Part shown: positions 61,161 to 64,000 of the stretch, in pieces
Position numbering within the stretch: position 1 is the first letter of the stretch
Layout: every line of letters begins with the position of its first letter
From: an uncultured bacterium
Lineage (GTDB): Bacteria; Verrucomicrobiota; Verrucomicrobiia; Limisphaerales; UBA8199
DNA length: 64,000 bases
Assembly (NCBI GenBank): GCA_963749495.1
Contig: CAVVMW010000008.1
Location: forward strand, 224,001-288,000
Direction of reading: 5' to 3'
The notes under the pieces: model-generated
Seen by the model: only the letters and a program-made list of their open reading frames with translations
Told to the model about the DNA's origin: nothing
Database searches by the model: none
Translations under genes and position numbers: made by a program

Positions 61161-64000
61161 ATGGCTAGGTCAATTGTTCTGTCTCGCCAGCGAGCCAAAG
61201 AAGCGGTCCTGGCTACTTTACCGGTCATTGTGTCGTTCCTTTGGCTTTGTGTCGCAGGAGGACATGCCTCGGCACAGGTGAACCTGCTTCCCCAAGGGGA
61301 TTTTAGGAATCCTGGCGCCAATACGGGGTGGGCCGAGGGCTTCAACATTCCGCAGAACCAGGAATTCCAAGTCATCTCGGAAAACGGCAAGTCCTGGCTG
61401 CGCATCGAAAATCACGATGCGGGGCGTCAGCTCGACTACGTGCATGCCTACGTGAGACTTACCCCGGAGATCGCGGCCCTTACGGTCACCCCCCACCTGG
61501 CGGCGACAACGCAATTGGCAGACGCCGAGCTTCCGGCCGGCATGACCCTGAACTGGGACAAGACGAGCGTCGTAACGGTGAATGCAAAGCGGGCACAGGT
61601 GTCCTTGGACGGCATCTGGCACTTTATACCTGCAGCCGAAGGAACCGCGGAACCCCCAAAGGTGGGGTGGGCATATATCAAGGTGCCGGGCAGTTGGCAA
61701 AGCACTCGGGGCAGGTCTGCCGATTTCCTGGCCCTTGGCGGCGGCCCGCAGTGGGACCTCTATGACGGGGCGCGGGTGGCGCGCGCCTGGTACGAGCGGC
61801 AAGTGCCAATCCCGGTGGAATGGCGAGGCCGCGCGATCAGCCTGCGCTTCGACCGCGTCTGCACGGACGCGATTGTGTGTGTCAACGGCACGGAGTGCGG
61901 AAGAATCGCCTGGCCGTGGGGCTCCGTGGACATCACGTCAGCGGTAACGCCCGGCCAAACGGCGGACGTTCGGGTGCTGGTGGCGGCCATCGCCGATGCG
62001 GAACAGGTGGGGAACTTCTGGCAGAATGCCTTGAGCAGCACCGTCACTTTTTCGTCCGCCTCGCTCAGGTCGCGGGGCCTGACCGGCAGCGTCTTTTTGG
62101 AAAGCCATGCCTCGGAGGCGCGGGTGACCGATGTCTTCGTGCGCACTTCAACACGGAAAAAGGAGATCTCCCTGGACGTGGAGTTGACCGGCGTCGAGCA
62201 GGCGGGCCCGGTTCAGGTCGTTGCGGACATGCTCGACGAAAAGGGCGAGGTGGAGAGGAGCTTCGCGACGGACGCGGTGGCGGTTGCCAGGGAGACGCAG
62301 ACCTTTGCTCTGTCGTGGCCCTGGGCAGACCCGCGCCTATGGGACGTGGGTCCGTGCCGGACTGGCCTTCAGCCCAATCTTTACACCCTTCGGCTGAAAG
62401 TGAAGGGCGCGGGCCTGGATGACGAGTACCAACCAGAAATTCGGTTTCCGGGAGTTCTGGATCGAAGGCCGGCAATTCTATCTCAACGGCACCGTGATCC
62501 ACCTGCGGCAGCCTTGCTTTTACGACGGGCCGCGCATGCAGGTGGGGGACATCTTCTCCGAGATGGGGCAGGAGAATGTGGATACCCGGGGCGATGCCGC
62601 CGACTCGGGGCGAAATCTCGACGACGCCGATCGTAAGGGATACCTGGTGGCACAGTATATCCTCAACGCCAACAAGTACCTGATGAGTTCGAGGGGTCGG
62701 TTTGGCTGGGAGCAGAACCGGCAGCGTGCCATGGACCGCGCCGCCGTGTGGATGCGCCACTACCGCAACCATCCGTCCGTGGTCATGTGGATCGCCGGCT
62801 TCAATTTCTTCAACAGCGCCGTGGACGCGGACCCGCGCCACGTCGGCCGCGGCGGCTGGGGTCAGACCGACGAGCGCTGGCAGCGCCTCATGGCTTCCGG
62901 CAAGGAGATGTTCGATGGGCTCAGGAAGCTTGACCCGACCCGGGTCTATTACAGCCACGCGGGGGCCTATACGGGCGACATCTATACGATGAACTGCTAC
63001 CTGGACCTGATACCTCTCCAGGAGCGCGAAGACTGGCTCAGCGCATGGGCGGAAAGCGGGGAGATGCCGATTTCCATGGTCGAGTTCGGCACCCCCATGG
63101 ACTGTACGTTCCGGCGCGGGCGCCACGGGTTTGAGAGCAATATCACGAGCGAGCCCTTGTTGACGGAATTCGCCGCCATCTATTTTGGCACGGACGCCTA
63201 TGCTGCGGAGGAACCAAAGTATCGGCAGTATCTTCACGGCCTGTTCCGCGGCGGGATGCTCTACCAGAGCTCCGAGAACCGCCTGGATGAGTACGCCAAC
63301 AACCACAAAATCCAGCAGCTCTACCGCATAAATACCTGGCGCAGTTGGCGGACCGCGGGTCTGCCGGGCGGCCTGCGCACCTGGTCCTGGATGCAGGACG
63401 CGCTCAAGGATATCAACGGCCCGACCCTGGCGTGGATCGCCGGCCCTGCGGGGGCGTACACCGCAAAGGACCACCACTTCCGCCCCGGCCAGAAGATCCA
63501 GAAGCAGATCGTCCTGATCAATGATACCCGCCAGCCCCAGAACTTCACGGCAGCCTGGACCGCCACGGCCGGCGGCAGCGAAGTGGATAAGGGCCAGAGG
63601 CAAGGCAGTCTGGCCGTTTCCGAGATCCGATTCATTCCCTTCCAGGTAACTCTTCACTCTTCACTCTACACTCCCCACTCAGAATGGGCCGACGGCCAGA
63701 TCACCCTTGCCGCAACTATCGGCGAGACCAGGCACCAGGATACCTTTGCGTTTCGCGTGTTTGGCGAGGACAAGACGGGCAACGGTGAGATCGCTATGTT
63801 TGATCCGAACGGTCTGACCAGCAAGATGCTGGCGAACCTGGGCTATCGGACCCGTTTCTGGAATGGCGCGGCTGCTCCCCTGGTGGTGATCGGACGCAAC
63901 GCCCTGAAGGACGACCCGGCGGTGGCTGCCAGGCTGGAGCCCTATGTGCGGGCTGGAGGCCGGGCCCTGATCTGTGCCCAGGACCCTGAATGGTTAACAC
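61161..64000 (+). CDS. Large GH2-like glycoside hydrolase (frameshift near 62430; runs off the window)
   Basis: SLDGIW.F, KVPGSW, WYERQV.IP, W..PRLWD..PNLY; after the indel FGFREFWIEGRQFYLNG..YRNHPSVVMW..DPTR..YSH..EFGTP. Confidence 0.8.
63649..63680. repeat. Degenerate in-frame heptamer array (ACTCTTC)n in the GH2-like gene
   Basis: actcttc actcttc actctac actcccc actc. Confidence 0.6.

Noticed and set aside
8186..62440. Widespread pseudogenisation or programmed frameshifting in the M42, subtilase, MTase, U32, TPR and GH2 genes
   Set aside because: These are single-base indels, mostly in short runs, in otherwise intact genes; long-read error is the simplest explanation.
1..64000. tRNA, rRNA, reverse transcriptase/DGR, integrase or phage structural genes
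   Set aside because: No recognisable motifs found by eye; a covariance-model or HMM search was not possible.

Overview
A 64-kb GC-rich bacterial segment. The gene content (H-X9-DG prepilin-like protein, giant S8 protease, Tat-exported Gfo/Idh/MocA enzymes) and repeat style suggest Verrucomicrobiota or a related PVC lineage; this is inferred, not proven. Bases 1-38.5 kb are mostly housekeeping or lineage-typical genes: miaB, a GIY-YIG nuclease, a Cu-type P-ATPase, an ECF sigma trio, recF, an M42 peptidase, a subtilase, a U32/RlhA-like hydroxylase, an RlmI-like MTase, cysE, a GH42, DciA/DUF721 and sugar-nucleotide genes. A Type II R-M pair and a MazF-type TA module are inserted among them. This part is densely decorated with palindromic 7/9/12-mer tandem arrays and REP-like hairpins, several of them in-frame inside genes; one ~240-bp cassette occurs both between genes and inside the U32 gene. 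From ~38.7 kb there is a mosaic of truncated mobile elements (two different transposases each led by a DUF4338/DruA-like domain, an IS66-type end, a JAB fragment), then carbohydrate-active/secreted protein genes, some internally deleted. The sequence has many single-base indels (probably long-read errors). It also shows a recurring C[G>A]A substitution at conserved Asp residues and in two nonsense codons, possibly a DNA-methylation footprint. All family assignments come from motifs recognised by eye; no database search was run.
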